Positions 29,748 through 41,226 are shown, counted from the stretch's first letter. The stretch: 64,000 nt of DNA from Eubacterium sp. (GCA_003486385.1 DNFT01000032.1:22987-86986); one strand, 5' to 3'. Notes: generated by a model from the letters alone, not told the origin. Numbers and translations are program-made.

Positions 29748-30674
29748 CTAATACATACGTTTTACGAGGCTTTCTATCAGCCATAAGAGAAACTTCTTTT
29801 CGTTCTCATCTGCTGAATCGACATTCTCAAGTGTATGCCTTGCATTCTCCGAAAGTCTTTCCACCTCAGCTCTGGCTGTATCTATACCAAATAAAGTCAC
29901 ATAGGTTGTCTTGCCATTCTTTTCATCACTGTTAAGAGGCTTTCCAAGCAATGCAGCATCACCGGTACAATCCAGAATATCATCCTGAATCTGAAAAGCC
30001 ATTCCAACGCTGCGTCCTATATCCTCAAACTGTGCAACACTCTCGTTACCGGCGCCTGCCAGTATGGCACCCATCATCATTGACGCCTCAATAAGTGCAC
30101 AGGTTTTTAATCTGTATATATAATCAAGTCTTTCCTTCTCCGGGTGCTTTCCCGTAAAAAGAACATCAACGGACTGACCTCCAAGCATGCCATGCGGACC
30201 GGATTTCTCTGCAAATACGGACAATGCATGAACAGCTGCGTCCATGGTCTTAGCAGCATCAGCATATAAAAAAGCCTTCATAGCTGTCTGGGTTGACCAA
30301 TGTAGAAGCCCATCCCCTGCCAACAGCCCGCATGCCTCGCCATATTTCCTATGTGTTGTAGGCTTTCCTCTGCGAAGCTCATCATTATCTATTTCCGGCA
30401 TATCATCGTGTACAAGAGAATATGTGTGAAGATACTCCATCGCTGCCATGAAAGGCTCGCGGATTTCACTTTTACCACCCATAAGTCTATATACACTATC
30501 AATAAAAACCGGTCTTAATCTCTTTCCGCCTACCATAACACTATAGTTCATAGCCGAGACGAGTTCTGTTAAATATCCTTCTTCCACAGGAAGATACTTC
30601 TGTATTACCTCATTGGCATACTCCGTTCTGCTACGAAGCTGCTCCTGATAGTCTGATATATTAGTTCCCATCAA
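29748..30674 (-). CDS. ispA: Farnesyl-diphosphate synthase (polyprenyl synthetase)
   Basis: LVHDDMPEID (DDxxD) first aspartate-rich motif and a second DD motif. Confidence 0.85.
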   Translation of the reverse strand: MMGTNISDYQEQLRSRTEYANEVIQKYLPVEEGYLTELVSAMNYSVMVGGKRLRPVFIDSVYRLMGGKSEIREPFMAAMEYLHTYSLVHDDMPEIDNDELRRGKPTTHRKYGEACGLLAGDGLLHWSTQTAMKAFLYADAAKTMDAAVHALSVFAEKSGPHGMLGGQSVDVLFTGKHPEKERLDYIYRLKTCALIEASMMMGAILAGAGNESVAQFEDIGRSVGMAFQIQDDILDCTGDAALLGKPLNSDEKNGKTTYVTLFGIDTARAEVERLSENARHTLENVDSADENEKKFLLWLIESLVKRMY

Positions 30675-30902
30675 TTAATTTTCATCTCCATCTGAAGCCT
30701 GTGAATCAGCTTCATTTCTAAGTGTTATCAACTGTTTTTCTACCTTATCAAGCTGCTTTGAGCATTGCGCTGTCAGCTTAATACCTGTTTCATATACCTT
30801 AAATGCCTCCTCAAGAGATAATTCATTGCTCTCGAGACGGCCTATAATATCTTCTAGTTGTTCAAAATTCTCTTCTATGCTGACACTCTTTGTCTTAGCC
30901 AT
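30675..30902 (-). CDS. xseB: Exodeoxyribonuclease VII small subunit
   Basis: 75 aa acidic coiled-coil protein located directly downstream of xseA. Confidence 0.8.
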   Translation of the reverse strand: MAKTKSVSIEENFEQLEDIIGRLESNELSLEEAFKVYETGIKLTAQCSKQLDKVEKQLITLRNEADSQASDGDEN

Positions 30903-30905
30903 TAT

Positions 30906-32162
30906 CTACATCTTCTCCTTATCCGCAACGGCCGCACTGATACTTCCGTCAGACACTATGATTTTTATATACTCTCCGCGCTCAACATCCTCTATCGACC
31001 TGATTGTCTTTCCCCGTGAATCCTCGAGATATCCAAAGCCTCCGCTGATTTTTGAAAGCGGAGAAAGTCCGCTTAATCTGGTCGCGGACAGCTTGAATCT
31101 ATGACGGTAATTCTCCATCATTCTGTCCATACAGTTGTCAAGACGTAACCGGAGCGAATCAAGATACTGCTTATTATCAAGCAGCCGGCGCTCAGGTGCG
31201 CTGTTTCTAAGCTCCATATTAAGTGAAGCAAGCCTGTTTCTATATGCGCGTATTTTCTCAGACATCGCTCTGTAGAGCGTATCTTCATACTGCCTGATCC
31301 GTTCACACCACTGCGCATAGTCAAATACAGCCAATTCCGCTGCAGCTGATGGCGTGGGCGCACGCATATCAGCAACGAAATCTGCTATTGTAAAATCGGT
31401 CTCATGACCTACGGCGGAGATAATCGGTGTATTACACTCAAAAATTGCCCTTGCAACACATTCCTCATTGAAAGCCCAGAGATCCTCTATGCTTCCTCCG
31501 CCTCTGCCTATGATTATTACGTCAGGATTCATCGCGTCAAGCGTCCTGATACCTTCACAAATAGTCTCAGAGGCTCCTTCGCCCTGTACCTTGGCAGGAT
31601 AAAGATATATCTGTACATACGGGTTGCGTCTGTACGCGACATTCTGTATGTCGTGGATTACCGCACCGGTCTGTGCAGTGACGACACCGATATTGAGTGC
31701 ATACTTCGGAAGAGGCTTTTTATATGAGGCATCGAACATTCCCATCTCCTCAAGCTCCGTCTTAAGTGCAAGATAACGCTCATACAATGCTCCTGCACCA
31801 TCCCTCTGTACGGACTTGACATATAGCTGGTATTTTCCGTCTCTTTCATATACACTGATACGCCCGGAAGCTATAATCTTCATTCCATCGTCCAGTGTAA
31901 ATTTCATACCCGCCCTGTCACCGGCATACATGACACATGCAAGGGCACCCGCCTCATCCTTGAGGGTAAAATATATATGCCCTGAGCTGTGATACTTGCA
32001 GTTGGAAACCTCCCCCGTGACACGCACATTCCTGAGCAGAAAGTCTGTCTGGAACATATTTCTGATGTATTGATTTATTTTACTTACGCTATATGCCTCC
32101 GAACCAGCCACGTTTCCAAACCCTTTCCCAGCAATATCGTCTATTGGTATATTTATAATCAA
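30906..32162 (-). CDS. xseA: Exodeoxyribonuclease VII large subunit
   Basis: 418 aa with an OB-fold N-terminus and catalytic core; conserved nusB-xseA-xseB-ispA-dxs order. Confidence 0.85.
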   Translation of the reverse strand: MIINIPIDDIAGKGFGNVAGSEAYSVSKINQYIRNMFQTDFLLRNVRVTGEVSNCKYHSSGHIYFTLKDEAGALACVMYAGDRAGMKFTLDDGMKIIASGRISVYERDGKYQLYVKSVQRDGAGALYERYLALKTELEEMGMFDASYKKPLPKYALNIGVVTAQTGAVIHDIQNVAYRRNPYVQIYLYPAKVQGEGASETICEGIRTLDAMNPDVIIIGRGGGSIEDLWAFNEECVARAIFECNTPIISAVGHETDFTIADFVADMRAPTPSAAAELAVFDYAQWCERIRQYEDTLYRAMSEKIRAYRNRLASLNMELRNSAPERRLLDNKQYLDSLRLRLDNCMDRMMENYRHRFKLSATRLSGLSPLSKISGGFGYLEDSRGKTIRSIEDVERGEYIKIIVSDGSISAAVADKEKM

Positions 32163-32183
32163 AGCTGTATCATAATTGATATA

Positions 32184-32597
32184 TTACTTTGTGAGCTTTC
32201 CAAGTATTCCGTTTACGAATGACGGTGAATCATCTCCGCCATACTTCTTGGCAAGCTCTATAGCCTCATTGATTGCCACCCCGGCAGGAACATCATCGTC
32301 ATATAAGGCTTCATATATTGCAAGCCTTAAGATTGTAAGCTCAACCTTACCTATACGTTCCTTCTTCCAGCCTACAGAAAGCTCTTCTATCTTCTTATCT
32401 ATTTCCGGGAGCTTATCCTCTATAAGCCTGGTTCTGTCGCTTATAAGCTTCCTGTGCTCCGGTGTCAGCTCAAGCGGCTCAAAATATAGCTTGTCCTGCT
32501 CCGCTAACTCAGCCGCATCATGAAATTCCACACGGAATAACAGTTTAAATACATGCTCTCTTATTTCACTTCTTCTCATATCTGAAAATCCTTTCAA
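32184..32597 (-). CDS. nusB: Transcription antitermination factor NusB
   Basis: 137 aa all-helical protein with NusB motifs. Confidence 0.85.
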   Translation of the reverse strand: MKGFSDMRRSEIREHVFKLLFRVEFHDAAELAEQDKLYFEPLELTPEHRKLISDRTRLIEDKLPEIDKKIEELSVGWKKERIGKVELTILRLAIYEALYDDDVPAGVAINEAIELAKKYGGDDSPSFVNGILGKLTK

Positions 32598-32655
32598 TTC
32601 AGCAACAATGAAGGCCCCGAAATGCTCAAGGCCTTCATCATGCTCTGCTTATGTT

Positions 32656-33039
32656 CTATTTATTGTTTTCAACCTTAACGCCGGCAATCTTAATATTGAC
32701 CTCAGCAACAGTAAGACCTGTCATAGTCTCGATTGCACTGGCAACTCGTTCCTGAATCTTTTCGCTGACCTCCGGTATTGAATAGCCATACTTAAGAATA
32801 ACCGATATATATACAACCGCTGTCTTATCAGTTATCTCAACTGTAACTCCCTTGGACAGTACCTTCATGCCAAGCTTGCTTACAAGTTCATTGGTTATGT
32901 TGCCCGACATACATTCAACACCTTCAACCTCTGTGGCTGCAAGACCTGCAACTATACATACAACCTCATCCGCAACCTGTATATTACAAATTCCTTTATT
33001 CTCACATATTGTATATGTGCTTTCACTATTATTTGACAT
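32656..33039 (-). CDS. Asp23/Gls24-family alkaline-shock protein
   Basis: 127 aa, the Asp23 family (DUF322), located between spoIIIAH and nusB as in Bacillus yqhY. Confidence 0.8.
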   Translation of the reverse strand: MSNNSESTYTICENKGICNIQVADEVVCIVAGLAATEVEGVECMSGNITNELVSKLGMKVLSKGVTVEITDKTAVVYISVILKYGYSIPEVSEKIQERVASAIETMTGLTVAEVNIKIAGVKVENNK

Positions 33040-33195
33040 ACGTCCTCCAATCTGCCCCCATCACGGAAGCCTGCAATACGGTAATATACATATATTATAT
33101 ATAATCCTTCCCTTTTTTGCAATTAGAAAATACACAACATCATTACTTCCTTTAAATCGTATTGCCGGTGGAGCATTTTTTTCTACCGCCGCACT

Positions 33196-33933
33196 TCAGG
33201 ATACAGGCTGTGTTTCGCCATATGTTCCCTCCTCAGCACTGTCCGTCTCTGTCTGTCCCGGCACAGCTTCATCGTCCTTAATATCTGCCGATGTCTTGGC
33301 ATCCTCAGCCTCCTGCTGCGTCTGTGATGTAAGGCTTACGGAAGATATTGTTATATTTTCTACACTGACACCCGACTTTCTTTTTATTATGTCCTCAATC
33401 TGTGCCCTCTCAGTATCGGAAAGACTTGATTTATTTACCACGACATCCGCCTGCCCATCCGTTATAGAGACAATCACATCCACGAACCCCTTTGCCTCTA
33501 AGAGAAGCTCTGCCGCCGCCTCTCTTTCTGCTATATCCGTAAGCTCTATCATCTTATTGACCGCCTGAGCCTTGTCGGCTTCATCAAGAGAGGTATTATT
33601 TATTATTCCCAGAAGAGACTCTTTATTCGCAGCACGGACCTGTTCCCTGTCAAGTTTGGCACTTATGATGAAATCCGACTGTGCCACCCCTAAATTTCCT
33701 GTGAGAACGGTTGCTCCAGGATCCGTGACCGAAAAATCGTCCGGCTCTGCATCGTTGCTTAACAAATCTCCCGTCTGAGCATCCGTTTCCCCCAGTGCCA
33801 GGCTGACATTTGTCTGCCTGGCATCCTTAGCATGCTTAGATACAAGATCCTTATAGTTTATGTATCCTGCAACTGCAATCATTATTGCAAGTGCTGTTAT
33901 AATAATCTGGTTTTTCTTTAAAATACGTTTCAA
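33196..33933 (-). CDS. spoIIIAH: Stage III sporulation protein AH
   Basis: N-terminal TM anchor followed by an acidic extracytoplasmic domain; last gene of the spoIIIA operon. Confidence 0.6.
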   Translation of the reverse strand: MKRILKKNQIIITALAIMIAVAGYINYKDLVSKHAKDARQTNVSLALGETDAQTGDLLSNDAEPDDFSVTDPGATVLTGNLGVAQSDFIISAKLDREQVRAANKESLLGIINNTSLDEADKAQAVNKMIELTDIAEREAAAELLLEAKGFVDVIVSITDGQADVVVNKSSLSDTERAQIEDIIKRKSGVSVENITISSVSLTSQTQQEAEDAKTSADIKDDEAVPGQTETDSAEEGTYGETQPVS

Positions 33934-33937
33934 AGGC

Positions 33938-34519
33938 TTATCCCTCCATTTTCATAACTTTTATTTTATTTATTTCTATCCCAAGGACAGCGCTGACTGC
34001 TTCCGTAAGCCTTACCGTCACACCTGCATCGGAGGCTCCCTGCGCAAGAACAAGAACCCCGCTTATTTCAGGATATATGGTTTTTGTCACATACGGAGTC
34101 AAACTGCCATCGCTTTTCTTACTGAAAACCACCTTCTCCTCCCGCTTTTTCTCTCCCAACCTTTCTCCATCTCCTGTAATGCCATCCGTCTTAGTGTTCT
34201 CTGTTATGTCACTTTTCACTACAGTCTCTCCCGAATCCTTGAAGGTGATAAGGACGGCAACCTTTCCCGCCCCATCAACCTGCGATAGTATAGCAGACAG
34301 TCTGGCTTCAAGTTCTGTTGTGTAATCTGATATATCTGCATATTCGTATTCAATGGCTTCTCCTGTATCCCTTGAGTCCGCTGTATTATCAGCTTCGTTT
34401 TTTCCCTTCACCGGGAGTGATATTATTACAAGAAGTACCCCTCCAAGCAGGATTAACAGTAGTTTATCCTTAGAAAGCTGAAGATTTTTCAGCGTTGAGA
34501 AAATATTATTGATTTTCAC
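33938..34519 (-). CDS. spoIIIAG: Stage III sporulation protein AG
   Basis: Single N-terminal TM plus a ring-forming C-terminal domain; operon position. Confidence 0.6.
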   Translation of the reverse strand: MKINNIFSTLKNLQLSKDKLLLILLGGVLLVIISLPVKGKNEADNTADSRDTGEAIEYEYADISDYTTELEARLSAILSQVDGAGKVAVLITFKDSGETVVKSDITENTKTDGITGDGERLGEKKREEKVVFSKKSDGSLTPYVTKTIYPEISGVLVLAQGASDAGVTVRLTEAVSAVLGIEINKIKVMKMEG

Positions 34520-34528
34520 CCTTCTACC

Positions 34529-35179
34529 TCAGTTCTCAATTCCCTCCTTATTATCCTGCCCATCATATATGTTAATATATATATTAGCGCGTGGGATATT
34601 ATAGAAGTTGGCCAAATAATTTTTTAATGTCACCACATCATAATCATAAAAACCTGAATCATTTCCCATATACAGCTTATCCTCTTTCTTCAACGCGATA
34701 TCCAGCATAATAATCCTGCCATATTCATCACTCCCCTCATCAAGATTAATCTTTGTATCACAGCTTATAAGTTGATAACCGGTTTCCGAAAGATAATTCT
34801 GTATCTGCTCCTCCACACTGCTGCAGTACATATTTATCAGCTCCTCATTGCGCCCTTTCTCCGCTTTTAAAATATCGGCATACACCTCATCCGAAATCTC
34901 AAAATCAAAGTAACCGATATCAATTGTATCGTTTCCACTGCCCCACAAACCCAAAACCGGTTTAATCACAATAAAAATCATAACTATTCCGCCAAATAGT
35001 CTAAGGTATTTTGCGTACTTTTCATTTGACACTATATTTTCGATTATGCTCAATATGACATAAACACAGAACACATTCCCTATATAATCCTTCAGCTGCT
35101 CCATTTTATTTCCGTTCCAACAGACCTCCCTCATAAGTTTTATGTTCCTGAAAAGAAAGCCGCGTTTGTCGAGGCACAC
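34529..35179 (-). CDS. spoIIIAF: Stage III sporulation protein AF (the true start is probably at MEQLKDY, around 35104)
   Basis: Two N-terminal TM segments; operon position. Confidence 0.55.
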   Translation of the reverse strand: MCLDKRGFLFRNIKLMREVCWNGNKMEQLKDYIGNVFCVYVILSIIENIVSNEKYAKYLRLFGGIVMIFIVIKPVLGLWGSGNDTIDIGYFDFEISDEVYADILKAEKGRNEELINMYCSSVEEQIQNYLSETGYQLISCDTKINLDEGSDEYGRIIMLDIALKKEDKLYMGNDSGFYDYDVVTLKNYLANFYNIPRANIYINIYDGQDNKEGIEN

Positions 35180-36270
35180 ACGATTGCCAGTGTGACAAGA
35201 AACATTATTCCCGCATTCATCGAGCTCACCATAAGCAGTTTCACACCCTCATGCATGCCATTGATGCACTCCGTATAGTTTTTTTCTGCTACAGGTTCTA
35301 AAAATGCTCCTGCTGCCTTACATCCGTATGCAAACACAAAGAGCTTTATCACCGGAATTGCACACAGCATTATTATCACAAGCATCGCGGCAACCCCCAT
35401 ACTGTTTTTGATAAGCGCACCCGAACCAAGAATCACTCCGGTGACAGCGTCAACCGCCGTTCCGGCACCCGGAATCATCCCCACAAGTCTGGTTATCGCC
35501 GTTCCCTTTAGAGAATCAAGCATTGGACTTATAAGTCCCTTTATAGCATTCAGACCAATGACCGTTCCCAAAAGAACCTTGTTTGTCCATTCAAGCAGCT
35601 CCTTGATAAGCTCAGAAAGCCTGCCAAATATATTATCTCTCGATATATAGTTCATCATATTTACAAGCATATATACTGTCGTTCCGGGCAGAACCACATG
35701 CAGCAGCACCTTGTCCACAATCAGTATAAGGAACATGGCAAGTTCGTAGAATGCTATTGCACCCGAGCTTCCGCAGCCGGCAGTTATCACAACAGCGTAT
35801 GTCGGAATAAGCACCTGCATAAATTCAACTATACTGTCAAGCACATTGCGTGCCACGCCTGCTGCCCAGTACATTCCGGATGTAAGCACCGCCATCAATG
35901 CAATCTGAATTATATAGCTCCCCGTTCCGGCAATCCCCGCTTCAAAAAAACCTGCTGCAAGATTTTTGAATACCGCACCAACAATCCCCAGAAGAAAAAG
36001 CTTCAAAAAGATTGTCTTCTGCTCATAAAATTCATCGAATACCCCGGATACAGCCGATATCGACGCTGCCCTGAGCGCCTCAGAATACTTACCTGCCATG
36101 ACAAGCTCTACAAGATATTTAAAATCAATATCATATTCCTCAATGCTGGTATCTATCTCATCATAATTGTAGTCATCAGGTGTGGCAGCATGTACTAAAC
36201 ATGTATATGACATTGTAAATATTACAGCACACATCATAGTTAAGAACAGATTCCGGCACCCTCTTCTCAT
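35140..36270 (-). CDS. spoIIIAE: Stage III sporulation protein AE (polytopic membrane)
   Basis: Signal peptide plus multiple TM segments; 376 aa. Confidence 0.7.
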   Translation of the reverse strand: MRRGCRNLFLTMMCAVIFTMSYTCLVHAATPDDYNYDEIDTSIEEYDIDFKYLVELVMAGKYSEALRAASISAVSGVFDEFYEQKTIFLKLFLLGIVGAVFKNLAAGFFEAGIAGTGSYIIQIALMAVLTSGMYWAAGVARNVLDSIVEFMQVLIPTYAVVITAGCGSSGAIAFYELAMFLILIVDKVLLHVVLPGTTVYMLVNMMNYISRDNIFGRLSELIKELLEWTNKVLLGTVIGLNAIKGLISPMLDSLKGTAITRLVGMIPGAGTAVDAVTGVILGSGALIKNSMGVAAMLVIIMLCAIPVIKLFVFAYGCKAAGAFLEPVAEKNYTECINGMHEGVKLLMVSSMNAGIMFLVTLAIVCASTNAAFFSGT

Positions 36271-36659
36271 AGCATTTCACCAACCATTTCTAAAAGCCTC
36301 ACCACAATCGGGCAGCTTAAGAATAGAAGTGAGAGCTTTCCAAAATTCTCAATCTGCACCGCCAGAGCCGAATATCCCATATCCCTGCATAGCGAGCTTG
36401 AAAATTCTGCAATATATGTAAGTCCCGCCATCTTGAGCATAATCAGAATATAATCCGAATCAATATCCACATATTCGGTCATAAATTCAAGCTGTGAGAC
36501 GATTCCCGAAAGTCTGGCTGCAAGATATAGCATTATAAGCACGCATGCGGACAGATTGATGTACGTAGCGAACTCTCCCTTTGCACTTTTGAGGGCTAAA
36601 GCAAGCAGTGAGCCTATGGTTCCTATAACAGCTACCTTTATCATATCCATAATCATCAA
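36267..36659 (-). CDS. spoIIIAD: Stage III sporulation protein AD
   Basis: 130 aa 4-TM protein. Confidence 0.65.
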   Translation of the reverse strand: MMIMDMIKVAVIGTIGSLLALALKSAKGEFATYINLSACVLIMLYLAARLSGIVSQLEFMTEYVDIDSDYILIMLKMAGLTYIAEFSSSLCRDMGYSALAVQIENFGKLSLLFLSCPIVVRLLEMVGEML

Positions 36660-36663
36660 CCCT

Positions 36664-36858
36664 TTACAGCGAAAATAAATCCTTTATTGTCTCAAAAAGC
36701 TCATAAATATACGGAACTATCCAGAACAGCACTAGCAGCAGGCCGGCAAGACTTGTCAGAAAAGCATGTTCCTCCCTTCCGCTATGCTTTAAAATCTGGG
36801 AGATTACCGAGACAAGTATTCCTACGGCAGCAATTTTAAAAATAAGGCTTACCTCCAC
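36664..36858 (-). CDS. spoIIIAC: Stage III sporulation protein AC
   Basis: 64 aa 2-TM protein. Confidence 0.65.
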   Translation of the reverse strand: MEVSLIFKIAAVGILVSVISQILKHSGREEHAFLTSLAGLLLVLFWIVPYIYELFETIKDLFSL

Positions 36859-36872
36859 TTAACCCCCACCCT

Positions 36873-37424
36873 TCATATCAATATTATGGTAAGAAAAAGC
36901 CCCGCCATCACTCCAAGGCTCATGTACATTCTGCTGGTCTGCTCGTATTTTCCCGAAAGAGCTTCGATGCTCTCATCAACGCTCTGAAGATACAGTTCAA
37001 TATTATTGGTCTGCTGCGTCAAATCCAGATACCCCAGACTATCGGCAACAGCTATCAAATTGTCACATTCATTGCCATTTAAGTGGGCTGTGGCGGACAG
37101 CTTCTTTGCTTCCTCCTCCCAGACTTCCTTTAGAATACTTCCATTTTCAGTCTTAAGCCTGTTCCCGGTGTTCCAGAAAAAATCTCTCACTGTTTCCTGT
37201 CCGCAGCTACACCTTTCCCCCACATGCATAAATGCAGAGGGTAGCGTCTCAACACCATATCTAAGTTCACCCTTCAATGTTGTAAAGCTCTGTTTAATTG
37301 CCTTCAACGCCGCTATCCGGCAGGCCAGTTCATTTACCAGTCCTCTTGCATACAATGTTGTTGCACCTGTTATGCATACAGTACCTGCTATTTTCAACGC
37401 CAACATTCTAAATATCCTCCTCAT
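36873..37424 (-). CDS. spoIIIAB: Stage III sporulation protein AB
   Basis: 183 aa; N-terminal TM segment, as in SpoIIIAB; operon position. Confidence 0.6.
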   Translation of the reverse strand: MRRIFRMLALKIAGTVCITGATTLYARGLVNELACRIAALKAIKQSFTTLKGELRYGVETLPSAFMHVGERCSCGQETVRDFFWNTGNRLKTENGSILKEVWEEEAKKLSATAHLNGNECDNLIAVADSLGYLDLTQQTNNIELYLQSVDESIEALSGKYEQTSRMYMSLGVMAGLFLTIILI

Positions 37425-38406
37425 TCAATTGTAGATTCTGTTCATACAACAGATGTAATTCACCGTCATACACCCTGCATTTCCTGTCATTGGTCAGTTG
37501 GATATATCTCTCAAATATTTTTTCTGCAACAACCGCCTGTTCGAAGCTGTTTTCATCTGAGTGCATGGTACATAGCAGTGCTGCGCCGCATGAGCGTGCT
37601 GAGCGTATAGCCGCGATGTCCTCATTACGGTTTATTTCGTCTACCGCAATCACCCGCGGTGACATGGCGCGCAGCATCATCATTATCCCCTTGCTTTTAG
37701 GAATCATGTCCATAACGTCCGTGCAGTCTCCGACATCATTCTGCGGTATTCCCTTATAGCATGCCGCAATCTCCGAGCGTTCGTCGATAACAGAAACTGT
37801 TATTCCACTGTCCGAGATATTCCTCACTATATCTCTTAACAGCGTGGTCTTTCCGCAGCCCGCCGGCGACAGGATAAGCGTGCTGTAAATCCCTCCGCTC
37901 CTGATAAGATGTGCGGCAAGTTCATCCGCAATCCCTATGTGCTGGCAGGCAAGCCTGAAATTCATGGAGCTTATATTTTTTATATGCTTGACCTCACCCT
38001 TATCGCACACTGCCTGTCCGCATATACCGACACGATGTCCTCCGGGAAGTGTTATGAAGCCATTCTTCAGTTCCTCGTTAAATGCATAGAGTGAGTAGTC
38101 GCTCATAAGCTCAAGGCATCGGTCAAGCTCTTCGCGGTGGCATATCACAACATTCGCCGACTGCTTTTTCAGTTCTCCCGCCGTACCTAAAAAATATATT
38201 TTTCCTTCCCTGAGTATTCTTACAGGTCTGTTCACCCTCAGCCTGATTTCCTCTACCCCCTTATATGCCGGAGATAGTACAAGAGCGCCCACCGCCTGCT
38301 TGAGCATGCCGGTAAAATATATTTCTATACCCATTGTTCTCCTTTCCGTTTCAGGTATGTCCTGTTGTTTATCACATACTATGCAGAGCATGTTTTTTTC
38401 ATTCAA
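37408..38406 (-). CDS. spoIIIAA: Stage III sporulation protein AA (secretion-type ATPase)
   Basis: Walker A (SPAGCGKTTLLRD) and Walker B (VIAVDE) motifs. Confidence 0.8.
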   Translation of the reverse strand: MNEKNMLCIVCDKQQDIPETERRTMGIEIYFTGMLKQAVGALVLSPAYKGVEEIRLRVNRPVRILREGKIYFLGTAGELKKQSANVVICHREELDRCLELMSDYSLYAFNEELKNGFITLPGGHRVGICGQAVCDKGEVKHIKNISSMNFRLACQHIGIADELAAHLIRSGGIYSTLILSPAGCGKTTLLRDIVRNISDSGITVSVIDERSEIAACYKGIPQNDVGDCTDVMDMIPKSKGIMMMLRAMSPRVIAVDEINRNEDIAAIRSARSCGAALLCTMHSDENSFEQAVVAEKIFERYIQLTNDRKCRVYDGELHLLYEQNLQLNEEDI

Positions 38407-38539
38407 AAAAAGTTTCAGCTTTTTATTAATATTTCTTAGCCGAAATATAGGTTGAACAAAATTCCATATAAGGTTATAATAAAAAAGTTCATGCGTTATA
38501 TTAATAGCATGGGTAAAAAAAAAGAAATGAGGATTAACA

Positions 38540-39429
38540 TGAAATTTTTAATTGACCTTTTAAAAGGAATGGTAGTGGGTATTGCCAACATCATTCCTGG
38601 CGTCAGCGGCGGAACCATGATGGTTTCAATGGGCATCTATGAAAAAATCATAGGCGCTATCAACAATCTTTTTAAGCATTTTAAGCAGTCTATTCTCACC
38701 CTTATTCCGATTGGAATAGGAATGGTTGCCGGAATCGGAGTGTTCTCTTACATACTTCCGTACTGCCTTGAGAACCAGCCGCTTCCTACAAGCCTCTGCT
38801 TTATCGGTCTTATCCTTGGCGGTGTGCCTTTTATAGTCAAGCCTGCCAAAGACAGCCTCAAAAAGGACGGAAAGCATATATCCCTCCAGCATGTGACTGC
38901 ATTTCTTATATTGTTCGGGATAGCTGTCGCAATGGCATTTATGAGTGAGACAGAGTCACACTCTGCCAGCTTTAATCTGAACGCACTTCTTATTGTAAAG
39001 CTGTTCATCATCGGTGTAATCGCCTCCGCAACCATGGTTGTTCCGGGTGTCAGCGGTTCACTTGTGCTCATGCTGCTTGGCTACTATTCGGGAATCATTG
39101 AGACAATAAGAGATTTTATAGATTCTCTCATAGCATTCAATGCCCCAGGTATTCTTCATTGCGTTGGAATACTTCTTCCATTCGGTATCGGTGTGGTTGT
39201 CGGAATCTTCGCCGTGTCGAAGCTTATTGAATGGCTTTTTGAAAAGCACCCATCGGTTACATACAGCGCCATTCTCGGACTCATCCTTGCATCGCCTATC
39301 GGCATTCTCGCAAAGATGGGACACAACAATATCAATGCTGTGTCTATAATCGTCGGAATCGTATTGCTTGCAGGAGCCACATGGTTCACCTACTGGTTCG
39401 GCAAAAAAACTGAAAATATTGAGGAATAA
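38540..39429 (+). CDS. DUF368-family membrane protein (PopT-type putative undecaprenyl-phosphate translocase)
   Basis: Duplicated PGVSGG / PGVSGS signature motifs characteristic of DUF368. Confidence 0.75.
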
Positions 39430-39466
39430 AAAAGCGGTGACAACCGCGTCATCACCTTAAATAAAA

Positions 39467-39516
39467 CCGGGGAAATCATCCTTAATAAATCACAGGATGA
39501 TTTCCCCGGTTTCATT
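39467..39516. terminator. Strong bidirectional intrinsic terminator (16-bp perfect stem CCGGGGAAATCATCCT / AGGATGATTTCCCCGG)
   Basis: Perfect inverted repeat with a T-run; it lies between the convergent DUF368 and ABC-F genes. Confidence 0.7.
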
Positions 39517-39685
39517 TAAAAAAGAGGACGGACTTCTCCATCCTCTGTATTGATTATTTTCTGTAGGATAGGAAAAATATCCATACCTTAAAGTCATATT
39601 TTCTATACGAGGTTCTTTTTATAGCATACATATTCCCCGACACACTTAAAGCCAAGATGTGTTCGCATTGCTGCTCTATTTTAAT

Positions 39686-41226
39686 TTAATTTCTTTCCAT
39701 GTGCAAAACACCGGTAGCTATAGTCTCCTTAAATCGCACATCATGTTCCACGAAAAGCATCGTAGGCCGAAATGCCAGAAGCAGCTTCTCAATCTGCATT
39801 CTGGTATACACATCAATGTAATTTAACGGCTCATCCCAGATATAAAGGTGTGCCGGAGTAAGCAGGCTTGAAGCAATCAGCACCTTTTTCTTCTGGCCCT
39901 CAGAGTACAGCTCCATGTCTTTGTCAAACAGCACCCTCTCAAAATCAAGCTGGCGCAGGAGTGCTAACAGGAGTGTGTAATCCAATCTTTTCTCCCTGGC
40001 AAAATCTCTCAGGCTGCCCTTTAAATGCGAGGTATCCTGGCTGATATATGATATTATCAGGTTCTGCGGCACCTCCAGAATTCCTGTGGTTTTATAATCT
40101 GATGATACCGCTTCACCATCCTTATTACAAGCTAAAATTGCTTTAACCAGACTGGTTTTCCCACAGCCGTTTGCACCGTCAAGCGCAATCCTGTCGCCAT
40201 TCTTAAGCTCAAAGGTGACATTTCTTACCGCGTTAGCTGCTGCGTCACAGTACCTTAGGGAAAAGTCTGCTGTGCGCAGCAGCCGGTCTTTATGGTAACG
40301 AAGCGGCATAAGCTTCAAATCCTGCGTTTCCTCGATGTCCTTGAGCAGCCCTTCTTTTTCTTCTATTTCCCTCCTGATACGATTTTCATAGGTTTCCACA
40401 CGCTTCTGCATTTTCTTTGTCTTAGCTCCGATATATGCCCGTGCATCTTTTCTCCTGTCATGTTCCTTTACAGGGTCAAAGCCTATCTTGGTGCGCTCAC
40501 TACGTTCTGCCCACCTGCCGGCTCTGTCTGCCGCTGTTTCAAGCTTCTCTATCTCCCTTGCGTGTTTTTCATTCTCTGCCCTTGCATTCTTATCCGCCTT
40601 TTCCTTGTTCTCCCACCAGCTTGAAAAGTTCCCTGCCTGGACCTCTATGGTTGCCCTGTTTAATACAAGTACATGGTCTATACATGCGTCAAGTATATCC
40701 CTGTCATGCGATACAAGGATAAATCCTTTTTTTCTGTTAAGATAATTCTTCACTATCTGTCTCGCCTCATTGTCCAGATGATTAGTCGGCTCATCAATCA
40801 GAAGAAACTCATTCTCCCCGGAAAACAGTACCGCAAGCATCAGCTTAGTGCGCTCACCAAAGCTCAGTTGACCAAACGGTCTGTACAGAAGCTCCGGCGC
40901 AATTCCAAGCTGAGGAAGCTCACACAGAACCCTCCAGCTCTCCACATTCGGTTTCCAGCGCTCCATCAACTCATCGGCCGTATTGTTATAATCTTCCTCA
41001 GAAACCTTGTATGGAAAATAGTCAAATATCACACTGCTGTTTATCGTTCCGCTGTACTCATACTTTCCCGACAGAAGATTTAAAAATGTTGTTTTTCCCT
41101 TTCCGTTTCTCCCAATAAATCCCAGTTTCCAGCCTGTGTCAATTGAAAAGGATGTATCCGTAAAGACTTCATCAAAACTGCCCTCATAGGCAAAGGTCAA
41201 ATGCTCTACACTTATCTGTGCCATAA
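39686..41226 (-). CDS. ABC-F family ATPase (two NBDs joined by a roughly 85-aa charged linker; possibly ribosome-protection/ARE type)
   Basis: Two Walker A / signature / Walker B sets (GRNGKGKT...LIDEPTNHLD; GANGCGKT...IWDEPLNYID) and no TMD. True start is MAQISVEH, with AGGGAGG upstream. Confidence 0.85.

Noticed and set aside
38407-38539. Sigma-E/sigma-G-type promoter for spoIIIAA in the divergent intergenic region
   Set aside because: An ATATT -35-like block is present, but I could not find a matching CATACA-type -10 at the correct spacing, so no promoter is called.
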